A stretch of 64,000 nt of DNA, taken from positions 11,369,187-11,433,186 of the forward strand of contig OZ316898.1 in the NCBI GenBank assembly GCA_973895155.1, written 5' to 3'. Positions 39,322 to 51,950 of the stretch are shown here, piece after piece. The stretch's first letter is position 1. Every line of letters starts with the position of its first letter. The DNA is from Marsupella aquatica. Its lineage: Eukaryota; Plantae; Marchantiophyta. Made by a program: the position numbers and the translations under genes. Below the pieces are notes generated by a model. The model was not told the DNA's origin. It saw only the letters and a program-made list of their open reading frames with translations, and did no database searches.

Positions 39322-40374
39322 AAATAGCACTCTGTCAAGAAACACTAAACATGATAGAATGACACCTCTGTTTTTCTATAAACATGCAGAGTGATTGGTA
39401 TGTCAGGTTGTAACAATTGACAATCTAATATTATTGATGTCAATGTAATTTTGCTTCATAAATTTGCATTGAGTTCAATAGTTACTGTGAGACTTATGAA
39501 GGTATCTTGTATGAATGTAAATTGGATTTGTGATATATATTGAATGTTTCTTTAAGTTTTCATTCAGCAAATCTATTGTATGGCTTTGTAATGTATTATT
39601 TTTGATTTACATGAAATTTTATCTATTGTGATCACTCAAATTTGAATTTCTCCAAATCATTGAATACTTCACCTGAATGACTGATGTAATGGTCATTATC
39701 CATAACTATCTTTGTGACCAATATGACTCAACTCTGGTCACTAAAGACATAGACTAAATGATTCAAAGAATGACATATACAATGACCGTTCTCATGGTCA
39801 TTATAAACAAGTCCACTATGACTCACTTTATGTCATTCAAGACATGTCATTAATGACTAATGTGTATTTTTACGTGCCTCCTCCCAATTGAACCACGTGT
39901 CTCAATATGACTTGTTTATACTGTAGTCATTTTGGATACGTCTAAAATGACCCAAATATATTGCCAAATGGTGAATACTCTTTGAACCACGTGTCACTAT
40001 TTGATTTGTTATATAATGTACGTCATTTTGGACAAGTCCAAAATGACCAATGTTATTTATTTTTTGATTGCCACGTGTTGTTGTGTGATTGCGTACGGGG
40101 ACCGTCGACGGTCAACGGCAATTGACCGTCGATGGTGATTTGTGTCGTCATTTTGGACCGTTCAGCATTTATGACCATATCATAAAAATGGTCATTTAGG
40201 ATAGTATGAAATGACCACATGTTTTTAGCGTCATTTGTCCAAAAGGACCGTGACCAAAATGTCCGTTGTGACGTGTCTGGAAAGACAAGAACGATTGCGT
40301 CATTGTTTTGTTAAAAAGACCTGATTAATAGTCATTGTTTCCGTCATAAAATACATTGTTTTCTACTAGTGTAA

Positions 40375-41810
40375 GAAAAAGAGATGTTGAGGGGAGGAAA
40401 AGAAGTCAAGGTGAAAAAAGATGTGAAGGAGAGAAAACATGGCAAGGTCAGAAAAATATGTAACTTAAGATGAGGAAAGGATGATTGTCAAGGAGAGAAA
40501 ATATGTCGAGCGGGATGTCGAGGTGAAGGAAAGATGTCATGGTGCAATAATTAAAGATGTCAGTGCAAGAAAAAATGGCAAGATGAGAAAATATGTCAAG
40601 GCAAGGTAAAGTTATTGTGGTGATGTTCAACAACCCGTGTATTGCACATAGAAATTGGAGATGCAAGATAACGGTCACCACAGGATAGAGTCCAAGCACA
40701 ACCGAGTGATCAAAAGAAACAAATATGTTTTTATTTGAAATTTTTAGAAAATAAATGTTTTATATATGTTTTAAAGCTAATAAATTGTTTAGCTTGGTCA
40801 CGTTAGGGTAGGCTATGGGTAGCTTGGGAAGACGAAATTGAGAATAAAAGGGTATGGATGGATTCGACAGTTCCATAAATTATTATTTTTAACAAAGGAC
40901 AAAGATTGTTCCACATTTTGTCTTGAGTTTGTAAATGTAAGATTTATAGAGGATATGATATTATAATCACTTCTCCTCTCCTTGTGTTATTGTGCTTGAC
41001 TCTATTCAATTGAATTTTTCTCATTGTTACACTACAAGCCCAATGCCTGTGTGTTGCACGAAAGATGTCAAGGTGATAAAATATGTCGAGGTGATAAAAG
41101 ATGTTGAGGAGAGATTAGATATCACGATGATAAAAGATGTCAAGGAGAGAAATGATGTCAAAGTGAACAAAAGACGTCAAGGAGAGAAAAGATATCGAGG
41201 TGAGCAAAAGATCTTTTTTTAAATTTATTTATTTTTATAATAAATTTCATTTATTCCGCGTGAACCCCACGGATGGGGGAACCAAGCAGGCCCAAAGGCA
41301 AAAAACAAAAAAGGCCCCAAGCGGGCAAAACAGAAAACATGTGGCATGGTGATAAAAGATCTTGAGGTGATAAAAGATGTCAAAGAGAGAAAACAGATGT
41401 CGAGGTGATAGAAGATGTTGAGGTGATAAAAGATGTAGAGGTGAGCAAAGGATGTAGAGGATGTAAAGGAGCTAGAGAAAAGATGTTGAAGTGAGAAAAG
41501 CAAAGTTGCCACAAACACGAATGCAGAAGTTAATTGTATCAAAAACAAATCTCTTTGTGTGCCATGATGATGATGTGGCTTGCTGTGGAGCCTGGAATTT
41601 TGGAAAGGATCCCTAATGGGGGTCCGTAAAGACATCAATGTGAAAAATGACATTGAGGTGAGGTGAAAAGATGTTGACCAAGGAGAGAAAAGATGTCAAG
41701 ATGAGAAAAAGATGTTGAGTAGATAAAAAGATGTTGAGTAGATGAAACGATGTTAAGATGAGAAAAATATATCAAGGTGAGAAAAATTGTCAAGTCGAGG
41801 CAAAGATGTT
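40375..41810. repeat. 18-bp AAAAGATGTCGAGGTGAT-like minisatellite blocks (40375-40620, 41060-41810) with a further Helitron-like end at ~41034-41060
   Basis: Continuous with 17860-18157 across the CACTA TSD. ACAAGCCCAATGCCTGTGTGTTGCACG resembles the end motif at 57264. Confidence 0.75.
41214..41340 (-). mobile_element. Possible short 5'-truncated LINE 3' stub inserted in the minisatellite
   Basis: Minus strand is T/G-rich and ends in AATAAA plus an A-rich tail; it interrupts the 18-bp periodicity. No TSD confirmed. Confidence 0.35.
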
Positions 41811-44800
41811 GGGGCAAAGCACATCTCAAAGTGTTATTGTGAAAGTAATGTTGTGGGGGAGGGCGAGAGCGTGGGACGGAACGCAAGCAGGGGGCAGTGG
41901 CTGGGGTATCATGGGGTCAAGTGTGGTCACCCTTTGCTGATAGAGAAATCCTTCCTCCCCTTCCATGATACTAGTTTGTTCCTTCCTTTTCCACTTTTGT
42001 CAATTGCACAAAAGCTTTGAGATGGGGTAGTTTTGTATAATGGGATTTAAAATATGTCAATTGTCATTACATTCATTTCATTGTTGCAAACAATTATCAC
42101 TGTTGCTATTTTGTTGTTGGGGCCATTTTATTCTTGAGGCCACTATGTCTTTGGTCAATAAGGTTATTGAGTGTTAATCTAACTTGGAAAAAATAGTTCA
42201 TAGAGAGAATAGAAAAAATAAATTTCTTGATCTACTCACAATAGACTTAATCTTTTTCACTTTCCTATAAATAGTCCCTTTTGAACTCACAACTTAATTT
42301 GTAAAGTGTTCTCTCTCTTTATTTTACGGGAATGGCGCAATCATGTGTCCAAATGTCATGTGGGGTCTACTTAAAATTTGCAAAAATAGCCTGGCTTATA
42401 GAATTCCAAGACAGATTGTAAGTTTGGGAGCTCATCGACATGATGTCCATCGAGCAGATTCTTTCTCGACATGACATTCCACTTCTCCATGAGCAAAAAA
42501 CCACATGGAGAAGTAGACACTATCAATGGACATGATGTTTGACATTTGGCCACATTCATAGCTCAAAGGGTGTTGGCAGTCATTGCGCGAAGGCTGCTAC
42601 TGCAGACATTGAAAGAACCCTAGACATGTTCCTTACCTTAGAGCGTTTAATCTCAATGAAGCCCTGTGCCCATTGTTGCAGGATGGAAAGCTGGAGTCAG
42701 GACAGACTACCGGGAAACCAACCGAAAACCGACTGGTCCCGGTCACAACACTCGTTACAGGTCACTTTTGCCAAAAAAATGGATAGTGTGTTATACGGGC
42801 AAAATTCCAAGTTTCCATTGTGTCCATTCAAGTTGTGTAAGTCCATCTGGGCGTTTTTGAAAACATATGTGTCCATGGGGGCTTTAAGTTCTTTACACAG
42901 ATCTGATGAGCAGGAAAATGTAAGCTTTAAATCCAAGGGTCCTAATGAGTTCCCTCCAAAAGTGAAATTTGTAAGCAGCTGATGAGTACAAAAAGGCAGG
43001 ATTGCATATTTTAGTGTGCAGATCGATGCAATCAATATTGTTTTCTTGTGCATTCATGATCATAAAGTGAGGATCTCCTTGATACTAGTACATCCAAAAG
43101 GGTTAATTTCATTTTTTGTCTTTTTTTGCCACCATTTGATTCCTTTTTGTGTGAAAAGGTTTCAGCCCTTTAGGAGTTTAGGTACATGTTATATTTAATT
43201 CATTTTTTGTGTTAAGCCTTCTCTTCTCTTTATTGATTCCTTCTTTTTCTGGCACTGCAAATTTGAATGACCACCACTTCATAAAAAGGCGCAACCTTGT
43301 ATTATAGTTTTAATTCATTCCTTCTATGAATTTGTTTTTCCAAACATACATGATACATTTTCCAACCATTTATGTGATTTTTCCAAAACCCTGAACCTAA
43401 ATTTCCAAACTTGGTTCTGAATTTTAAAAGTTTCAAATCTCCATAATGTCCAATTGAAAATGCCAAATCCAAGTCACAATTATTGTTCAAGTTTTGCATG
43501 AATGTCACCATGGCGCCCTAGCTTAATATGAAGTCAAGGACATGGGCATGAACAAATTAAAAAAATCAATGCATTTTAGGTCAATATTATAGGTCAATTT
43601 TCTAAGCCAAAGGTTATATAAAGTGACATTAATCTGTATTATACATTTTTCGTGGCTATTAAATATCAAAATTTTGCACATTTTATACATCGCAATAATT
43701 TGAAATATTTTAATTTATTTTGGATTACAGGACACACGAAGAGTGGGGCCCTGACACTTTTAAAACATGAGTCGTCAGACAACAGGAGTCAACTTGTTGT
43801 CAGGGCTTGAGTCCTTCATGTCAAAAGGAGTCCACAACGTTTAGGCAAAAAGGAGTCCTACACCTTTTGGACTTGAGTCCTTGACACAAAAAGTGGTCAA
43901 GTCCTTCACATAAAAAGGAGTACAGTACTAAGTGAGAGAAGTATAATATTTTAAGACAAGACAGTGCATTAATTTGAAAGTACTAGTCAATATACCTGTA
44001 TAGGGTACTATATGATTCACAAAGAAGAGTGTTAAATTTGTTCTTTCTTAATTTTCTGCTCTATTTGGTGGGGCTCTCTATTTGAGTGACACCATCAATA
44101 AACCATGAACAATGTAAACTTTAAAAACAAACACGGTGACGGACCAAACAAGAAGTGTGACGCCTAATGGAGAAGGGTGTTTTAAATTTCGATCGATTTT
44201 TGCCAATTTTCACGATGTGCGCGACACATTTCTCGCAAAATCAATGATTTTTGCAAACCTACTAATCCGTATCGTTCCAAACTTTGCGAGGAATGATGGT
44301 GTCATCCCAAATTGTGAATTTCAATATCCTCACTAACTTCAAACATTTTCATCATGACAATAGAACCCAGAAATATTTTGATTTTGGTCAGATTTTTTAG
44401 ATAGAACTTTTAGTTACAAGGAAAACAAAGATATTCCAATATACCAGTATCGCTCCTCGAATTCCATTCAAATTGTTTGCTGTTTTTTTCCAAAAACAGA
44501 GGTTTTGAAATATTTACCACATTCTAATAGTTTTTTTACATCAAAGTTCACCACACAGCCAGTTGAAGTTACCTTGCAGTTCACCACATAGTTTGCAAAA
44601 GTCCGTTGTCAATATTAATTGAAGCCAAAATACAAAAGGCAATGTCCATTTGTAATTGTTCCAGACTCATTTCTCAGTCCTTCCTCTGGTGAATCGGTGT
44701 TGCTCTCCCGCCTGGTTCACCTGTAAGCCTCACTCAAATACAGTCTGCAATACTGGTATCGCTCTTCCGCCTTGACCACCTGTAAACACCACTCCAATAC

Positions 44801-44831
44801 AAACTGCGATGCCGGTATCGCTCTTCCTCCT

Positions 44832-47800
44832 TGTGACGGGGTCCCCGTCACATAAAATCACGAATAACTTGGTCGCGGAGTGTCGCGCAGTGTAAATAAC
44901 CATTGTAAATAACCATTTTTTCAACTTTTTTAAGTTAATTCTATCACCTGTGACCGAAGAACTGTATTTATTTTTATCCCCTACTTGTTCTGCAATTATG
45001 TTGGGCGGAGGGCCCTGCCTTTGGGGGACTCCCCATTATTTTAGGGCCATTTTTAGAGAACTCAATAGCAAGGTTGGTGGGAAGAAGAAATAAAACAGGA
45101 CCGGGAGCAAGGAAGTTTTTGAGTAGAGGTGACCCCGGCAGTGTGATTAGGGGGAAGTTTTTTTATGGGCAGCCGGAGCCGGGCTGGACAGGGAGGAGGC
45201 TGTCGCGAGCCCTGCATAGGGCCGCGTTCAGGAGAAGAAAGGGGGGGGATTAAATCCCCCGTTTGAGGGGAGCCCCGCGAGCTGAAGGAAGCGAGGCGCC
45301 GAGGGTGGGGGAGAAATTAAAATTCCCCCTTAAGGGGCACCACGAGTACCAAGTAGGGAGGCCGGTGCAGGAAGGTCGCGGAGGGGGGTTAAATACCCCT
45401 TAAAGTGGCCTGGCAGAGGGCTAGCACTTGGGGGCCCATAAGGGGCAGCCCTAGGGCCACCACGTGGAATCCCCAGGAAAGGGCTCCCGCGAGCAGGGCG
45501 AGGGCAGCCGGGCCGCAGCCGAGGAGTAAAGGGGGGGGTATTAAACCCTCCCGTGAGCCCGCGAGCCGGGGCGTATGGCTGTGAGAGAGGCTGCCGGAAA
45601 AAAAAATTTTAATCCCCAAAAAGGGCGCAGCACTCTGGGATAAGGGAGGCACCCTGTACCCTCCCATGAGGGGGACTAAACGGCAGCCGGGAGACACAAA
45701 CGGGGGGGGGGGCGCGGAGGCCCAAGGCTGAGGCCGGGAGTAATGAGGTAGTGCGCCCTGCATAGGGCTGCGTGCCGTGTAAGAGGCGAGCCGGGGCAGG
45801 AAAGGGCTCCCGCGAGCAGGAGGAGGGCGCAGGGCTGCAGGAGGAAACAGGGGGGGCGCGGAGGCCCAAGGCAGAGAGGTACGGGGGAATAAATGCTCCC
45901 CGACTAGTGGGAGGCAGGTACTGGGCACGGCGGGTGAGAAACGGGGAAGCAGCAGCCGCGTGTCAGCTTGTGTGCGCCCTGCATAGGGCCACGAGCCGGG
46001 GCGTATGGCGTGAGGGGAGCCGGGACAAAGAATTGTTGGGAAGGGTGAAGAAAGGGGTTTTCTCCCCTTTTCTTTGTATTTCGTTTTTTTTCCTCCCTTC
46101 TCTTTGCGGGACTTCTTGCTCTGCCGAAAGCTCTCTCCACATTTTGCAATTATTTTGGAAGCTCTTTCTCTTGGGCAATTGTTGGGGCTTGTTGGCATGA
46201 TTTTTCTGGGCATTAGCGGCAGCAACACGGAGTGGCTTCTGAGGGAATTAAGGAAGGTGATTGATTGATCGGGATACGGGGGCTGTTTCGGGCCAGGGAA
46301 TTGACATTGCTACGGGTGACAGGATTTGGTGATTGATTTGATTTCGGGATGCATGAATGCTAGATCAACCGGAGTTTAGTGTGGCACGCATTCGGAGATA
46401 CAAGGCTGCTTACCGTGACTACGTGGAGACTTTGATTGCAAGGGAGAGAGAAGAGAGAGAAGCTACGATGAGCACGGGATTGGCAGCAGGTTCCACGCCG
46501 GTGGGTAGGAGGATTTTTCGTCGAATTTATCCCAAGACCTCCGCCAAGGTGATGGAGGATTGTCGGAATATTTTCCAAGCCACCAGGGTTACAGAATTCA
46601 TGAAGGTGGAGATTACCATCCCCCCGGGGAAGAGCTGGGACATTGAGGCCGGGATGGAGTTACGAACGGAGGGAATCTACTTTGAATGTCTCAAACGTGT
46701 AGTGCCCCATGTGGAGTTGGCTAGGCTGCTGTTTCTGGAGAATCAGAAATTCTCATTCACACCTCGGCACATTAGGGGAGAACTCACGTTGAAGATGGTG
46801 GCCACTTGGGTGATTAATCCCACCTCCACCACTGCCATCCCTCTTTCCGCTGTCAAGGATGTTGAGTATAAGGGATTCCTGGCCAAGGTTCATCAACGGG
46901 TCCTTGGCAACGTGCAATCAGGGGTGGTGAATGAAGAGCATTTCGTGGTAGCTATGGACATCAAGAACCACCCAGCCCATGTGTACAGATGGTGGTACTA
47001 CGGGTTGAAGAAGCTGTTGGCCGCTGACCTCTGGAGTGTGAAACCGGGTGGGGCTGTACATTTGATGGGGTCATTTGTATTGGCCAGGGCAGAAGGGTTG
47101 ATTGGTTCCCCGGGACAGGAAGACACGGGATCATCTCTCACCACGGAGATCCGGAGTATTGCCACTACCATTTTAGGGAAGCTCACGGAGGAATCATCGT
47201 CGGCTGGTGGGGATGACGATAGAGGAGAAGAAAACCAGGATGAGGACTACACGTTGGAGTGGCTTGAATCACTCGTGGGAGATCCGAAAAAGCCCCTGGT
47301 CTACAACATTCCGGATGTTTACCTGGCAGAGCTACGGGAATTCAGAGAGGGAGTCCATGAGGGACTCAAGCTAGTCCACGCATTGAGAGATTCTCTCAAG
47401 CACGCCACAGCCAGAGTAGAGATGTTAGAGCAGAGTACCCTGTCTCTGAAGGAGGTGATCAAGGCCAAGGAGGGGACCATTCATGAGAAGGTTAAGCTTC
47501 TCCAAGCAGCTCACGTAGAGATCTCCAACTTGAAGGGAGCCTTGTCCACCAAGGCCAAGGAAGCAGAAGAGGTGGGAGCATTGAGACAAGCATTGGCCAA
47601 AGAGAAGCAGAATTCTGGAGAAGTGGTGGAGTGGAGAAACCAGGTGGGAGCACTACGGAGTCAGGTGGCCGCCTTTGAGACACGAGCAAAGAGGAGTGAG
47701 GCCTTGAGTCTGGGGAAATGGAAGAGCCCCGACACTCCTAGCTCCACACTTTCTCCGGATTTGATCTCCCAGGCTATTGAGATGGTGGTGAAGGAGGTTA

Positions 47801-49372
47801 GTGGGAAGTATGGGCCCTTGTTGGATGGAGCCAAGAAGAGTCAGGAGAAGAGCAAGGGCTTGGAGAAGAAGCTCCGGGAGGTACGGAAATCATTACGGGA
47901 GGCTCAGATCAGTACAGGGATGCCACCCAGGTCTGTCACCCCCGGGACTCCCATGGCCACAGGGCAAGTTCTACCGTTGGAGTTGCGGTCCGGAGAAGAG
48001 GCTACCCTATGAAAGGACACCATTGGTGAGGGGTACATTAAAGCGTGGCAGGCCTTGGCCAATTTGAGAAAGCAGGGGAGCACTAGCACAAGGAGTACCC
48101 CGGTAAAGAAGAAGAGAAGTGAAGTGGCACTCACTCCAGTGGAGAGTGATGAGGAGGCCCACTCACGGGGCTCAAGCCAGGGCACCATGAGTGAAGAGGA
48201 GGAGGATTAGAGTGGTCGTACGGACGTGGTTGTACGGCCCCTGGACTTTCCAAATTTTTTGTGAGGGGTCACTCACGGGCTTGTTGGAAAGAGCTCGCGG
48301 AGCTGATTCCAACAAGAGGCAGCGCTCCTCAAACGGAGCCAGGATGAGCAGGTTATGGCCCGACGAAGTTGTGTTTACGGGATACAGAAATGGTCATAAC
48401 TTGGTCGTCCAATGTCCGTTTAGAGAGCGGTTGAGTGATTCGTGATCAAGAGGAGGAGAGCTATCCAGGGGTGAACTCAGAAGTGCAAGTGGAGGGGCGC
48501 CTAGTTTCGGCCATTGTGGGGTTCCTTGCAATTTCACGGTTCACGGAGTAAGGTTGGGGCACCGTCGAAGGCACCGTCGGCCCCATTGTTAGTTTAGGGT
48601 TTAGGGTTTTAGACGCATGTGTGTGCCGCATGGTTTTAGTTTAGGGGTTTCTTAGTGAAGGGTTTAGCGGCGCCGCTAGGGTAAGCCGCCATCGTTGTGG
48701 CCCCGTGAGGGGTGCTTTGGTGTGTTTTTGGTATTTAGGGGGAGAGCCCCAGAGTAGTGGAGGGGGGAACTCAGCGTAGTACTTGGATGCTTTGGAGTAG
48801 CTTTTGTGAGTAGCGCACCGATTAGGAGAAGTTCAAGCCAGAGTAGTGAGGTGGAGAACGTAGCACTTGTCCCCGGGAGGCAGGAGTTGGGCAGACGGCA
48901 GGAGGCCGGGTTGCCCTTGCATGTGTTACGAGAAACACCAAGAGATATGGATTTGGCTTGAGGTTCCAATATTTTGTGTGTCACTTGTTGTTGCTTGTGT
49001 TGTTTGTTTTCCTCCCCTAGTGCGTGTGGTCGGTGTCGTTGTGGAAACATTTGCCCTTGTCACTAGTGTTCAAATCTTATTGTAAATGTTGGTATGCTTG
49101 CCCAAGAGAGGAGGGGGGTGGTGACAGCACTCACCCGGTGGGCATGAGTTGTAGATGGTAGGACCAGTCCCTTGGACTTGATCAAAAACGGAGAGACCAG
49201 TCGGTAGACTTGATCAAAAAGTACACTTCCGGGAGCGGAATCAAACATACTCATCCTTAGGTGTGGAAATCCTCCAAATAGCGTCCCTCCACGACCCCGT
49301 AATACGATACCAACGGTTTAAGCAAGGAAAAGTACGGTTTGCACGTATTAATCGTTGGATAGGCAAGTGACA
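44832..49372 (+). mobile_element. 4.5-kb solo-LTR-like insertion (TG...CA, 5-bp TSD CTCCT) carrying a long ORF
   Basis: TSD at 44827-44831 and 49373-49377. Termini TGTGACG...GTGACA. GC-rich repetitive 5' part (GCCCTGCATAGGGC x3). No gag, pol or terminal direct repeat seen. Confidence 0.88.
46357..48210 (+). pseudogene. 617-codon ORF (unknown globular N-terminal domain, acidic linker, long coiled coil) with one internal TGA at 48010-48012
   Basis: The 551-aa ORF continues in frame after the TGA to ...MSEEEED* at 48210. Overall architecture parallels the ORF of the other insertion. Confidence 0.65.
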
Positions 49373-49608
49373 CTCCTAGACCACCTATAAACACCACTCC
49401 AATACAGACTACGATACCGGTATCACTCTTCCTCCCAGACCTACATGTAAACACCACTCCAATACAGACCGCGATGCCGGTATAGCTTTTCCTCCCGAAA
49501 ACCTTTAAATGCCATTCCAATAAAAATAATGATACCGGTATCCCTAAGTGGTTGAATCTCATGACCTTCAACACCGTGCCCTTCAATCTGGGATTCTTCA
49601 AATAAATT

Positions 49609-51480
49609 CTACTTTGACTCTAGAGTCATGATCCAAGATTTCACAAAATCAATTTGCGTAGAACTCTTATCGACAGCACAACCCTGGCGAGAATTGAGGA
49701 GCGTAGCAGCTAACATCGATCCGGTTCCACAACAAAGATCTATAACCCAATCCTCTTTCTCAAAGAAATGGGAAACAAACCAAGCCCCCAAACAAACAGG
49801 CTTCTGATATGATACGGGTTCACAACACATCCCAACGGATCAACGGACTTCTTGGTTACACATGGAACCTTGATGATATTGACACAAGACTCATCCGGTT
49901 GGAAATTGTACATGTTCATGTTCCGAATGCCTTCCTCACTATAGAAACCCATCGACCAGTTCTCAAAACCCCACGCCAATTGAGCGCCAGCGAGACGCTC
50001 ATGAATGTTAGTCTTCTCCCAGATTCTAGCCTCGACCCCATAGTTTCATACACTCTCAAGTTCAGACATCACCATATGAGTTTGTTGTAGTGAATGGATC
50101 ACAACAAACCTCCACTGCTTAGCGGTCGTCATCTTTGAAAAACTTGTCATCATATCTAAAACATCTTTTTCTATGAAGGACACTTCATCAAACTCCAAAC
50201 CAGGAGCATTAAAATCATACGGAATATCCGCGACCGCAAGGGTGTAAGCCCTTGGCTCAACAAAAGAATCCCCATCAGCATTTTTCCATGTTTGTTCCAA
50301 CGCTTCTGCTGTGCCCTGGCCTAAGGACTGGAGCCGGTTGTACTTATCGATTGCAGCAAGCACAAAATTCTTAAACACATACGGGATAGCCAAGGGAACA
50401 ATTACCTCCCCCGCAGAATTATAAGTGACAACCGGAACCATTTTGTTTTTCCTTTTTGAACTAATCTTCAGCTATAAAATGTCACACACATCTACAGTTA
50501 GAATAACGTGAGATGAATCCAAAACCCGATAAAAATCTCATGATGGAGCACGATAGCCAATAAATACAACCGCTTAGAAACCTACAATGGAATGCTAAAG
50601 CCGATAAAAATCTCGCGATCAGAGGAATGCTTACCGCGTCACTCACTGTCTCCGCCCATATGCCAAGGACCGAGACATTTGTTTCAGTGGGAAACATTTC
50701 TCTACACGTTGCCCAATCTGGTTGACCAGATATCTGCAAAAATAGTTTCTTCACCTTAGCAAGATTTTTCAGCTTCTCACCTTCCTTGTGCATTTGATCC
50801 AAAGTGATCACCTTCCCGATAACCCTATTCAAGAGACGCTTGACGTGCTCCTTATTTGCCAGTCCTTGTAGACCTCAAAATGAATTTAAGTTGAGGTCCC
50901 CAGCAAGTTTATTCATTTTAATCTCCCTTACCGTCAAAGGTTTTACCTTTCCCTTTGCATTCGTCATTGCCACAATTTTTTTGGGTTGTCCTAAGACAAC
51001 ACCCTTCTCCCACATCTGGAAAATTTGCTCCTGAAGATCCCAAATTTCACCTATTCGGAAAGCAATTTGGAAAGCTGGGTCATGTTTGGCCATGGAGTCA
51101 CGAACGCCTGGCGTGTAATCCATCATGCATTCCTGACAACATGCTTTGCAAACATCTTTAGTCGAGCCCACACCCATTTCAAGGTAAATATTGTGACAAG
51201 CACGAACTTGGTCAATGTGACTCATGTTCTTCCGATACTCTTGGTCATAATTATGCTGGAAGCCCAACTTTTGGACCTCAGATCTTGTAAGCCCAGCGTA
51301 AACCCAAGCTTCCAGCTCACCATAATTTGCTTGCTGTACATTTTATGCAACTTGGACTTTGCCCAAGCACCATGATTCCCTCCAATAATTCTATACTTCC
51401 ATATCCTTGACTTCAGGATGTCCCAATCTGCGGGTGTGGGCCTTGGGCCCCCAGTGTTATTAATAATGGGGTGGACGTGC
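49609..51480 (-). pseudogene. ParB/Srx-like domain fused to a beta-class N4-cytosine/N6-adenine DNA methyltransferase (N6_N4_Mtase), decayed
   Basis: N-terminal YRIIGGNH and, across frameshifts, AWVYAGLTRSEVQK / GFQHN. A phase-0 GT-AG intron spans 50634-50472. Then TLAVADIPY (motif IV), IWEK, NPY-QKP and WVIDLCCGTGSMLAA...R...AVD (motif I) in beta order. One stop (50046-50048) and several frameshifts. Confidence 0.8.
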
Positions 51481-51827
51481 GACGGCGGAAGGGTACAAAA
51501 AATCCAATTCCGAATTAATTTTTATAATCGAATTATAAGCAACAAGACCAACTTTTATATGACAATCTCTTTATAACTATTCCTGGGCATCCAAAATGCC
51601 GGCCAAAATAATTTGCTTGAAGGGGGCCAAGAATTTGGCCCGCCACACGTCATGATGAGATTGGTCCACATGGCACTCCCTGAGTGGAGTTAAGTTTAAC
51701 CAGTACTTGTGGTGAATAGGATAAGGAGTTATGAAAAGTATTTTGGGTTTTGGGGTTTGAGGTGAAAGGTTTTTGGGGGGTACATTTATGGGGGGTTTTG
51801 GGTGTTTGCGGGGCAAAAGTTCAAGGG

Positions 51828-51950
51828 GAGTACTCAATCCCCAAGGGAGTGAGTCAAAGGCCCGGGGCAGGGGATACTCAATCCCCAAGGGAATGAGTCG
51901 AAGGCCCGAGGCAGGGGCGGAGTACTCAATCCTCAAGGGAATGAGTTGAA
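51828..51950. repeat. 3 x ~45-bp repeat with small hairpins, upstream of the MTase gene
   Basis: TACTCAATCCCCAAGGGAATGAGT-like unit repeated three times. Confidence 0.65.

Larger units (their letters stand above)
18158..40371 (+). mobile_element. Full-length CACTA (En/Spm) DNA transposon, 22.2 kb
   Basis: Left TIR CACTAGAAGAAAACA; right TIR reverse complement CACTAGTAGAAAACA. 3-bp TSD TAA at 18155-18157 and 40372-40374. Dense AATGAC/GTCATT subterminal motifs at both ends. TnpD- and TnpA-like genes inside. Confidence 0.95.
44700..49540. repeat. 60-bp tandem repeat (44700-44831 and 49373-49540) split by the LTR-like insertion
   Basis: A unit like CACCTGTAAACACCACTCCAATACAGACTGCGATGCCGGTATCGCTCTTCCTCC occurs on both sides of the insertion. 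Confidence 0.8.

Noticed and set aside
41030-41045. CACTACAAG as another CACTA terminus
   Set aside because: No subterminal repeats or partner end; it is better explained as the Helitron-like end motif.
40992-41886. KDVEVI-type repetitive ORFs (also near 57300-57530)
   Set aside because: These are translations of the 18-bp minisatellite.
42371-43198. Cluster of overlapping short ORFs
   Set aside because: Possibly decayed coding DNA, but I could not assign any motif.
45389-46228. 279-aa Pro-rich minus-strand ORF
   Set aside because: It reflects stop-poor GC-rich repeats in the 5' part of the LTR-like element.
49105-49130. Purine tract followed by GTGACA as PPT plus 3' LTR start
   Set aside because: The downstream sequence does not match the element's 5' end, so no LTR pair is supported.
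49378-49540. 33-bp GT-AG micro-introns in the 60-bp repeat (minus strand)
   Set aside because: Too short for land-plant introns and not consistently frame-preserving.
49609-51480. Bacterial contamination as the source of the MTase
   Set aside because: The gene has a spliceosomal intron and decay mutations and is contiguous with plant TEs.
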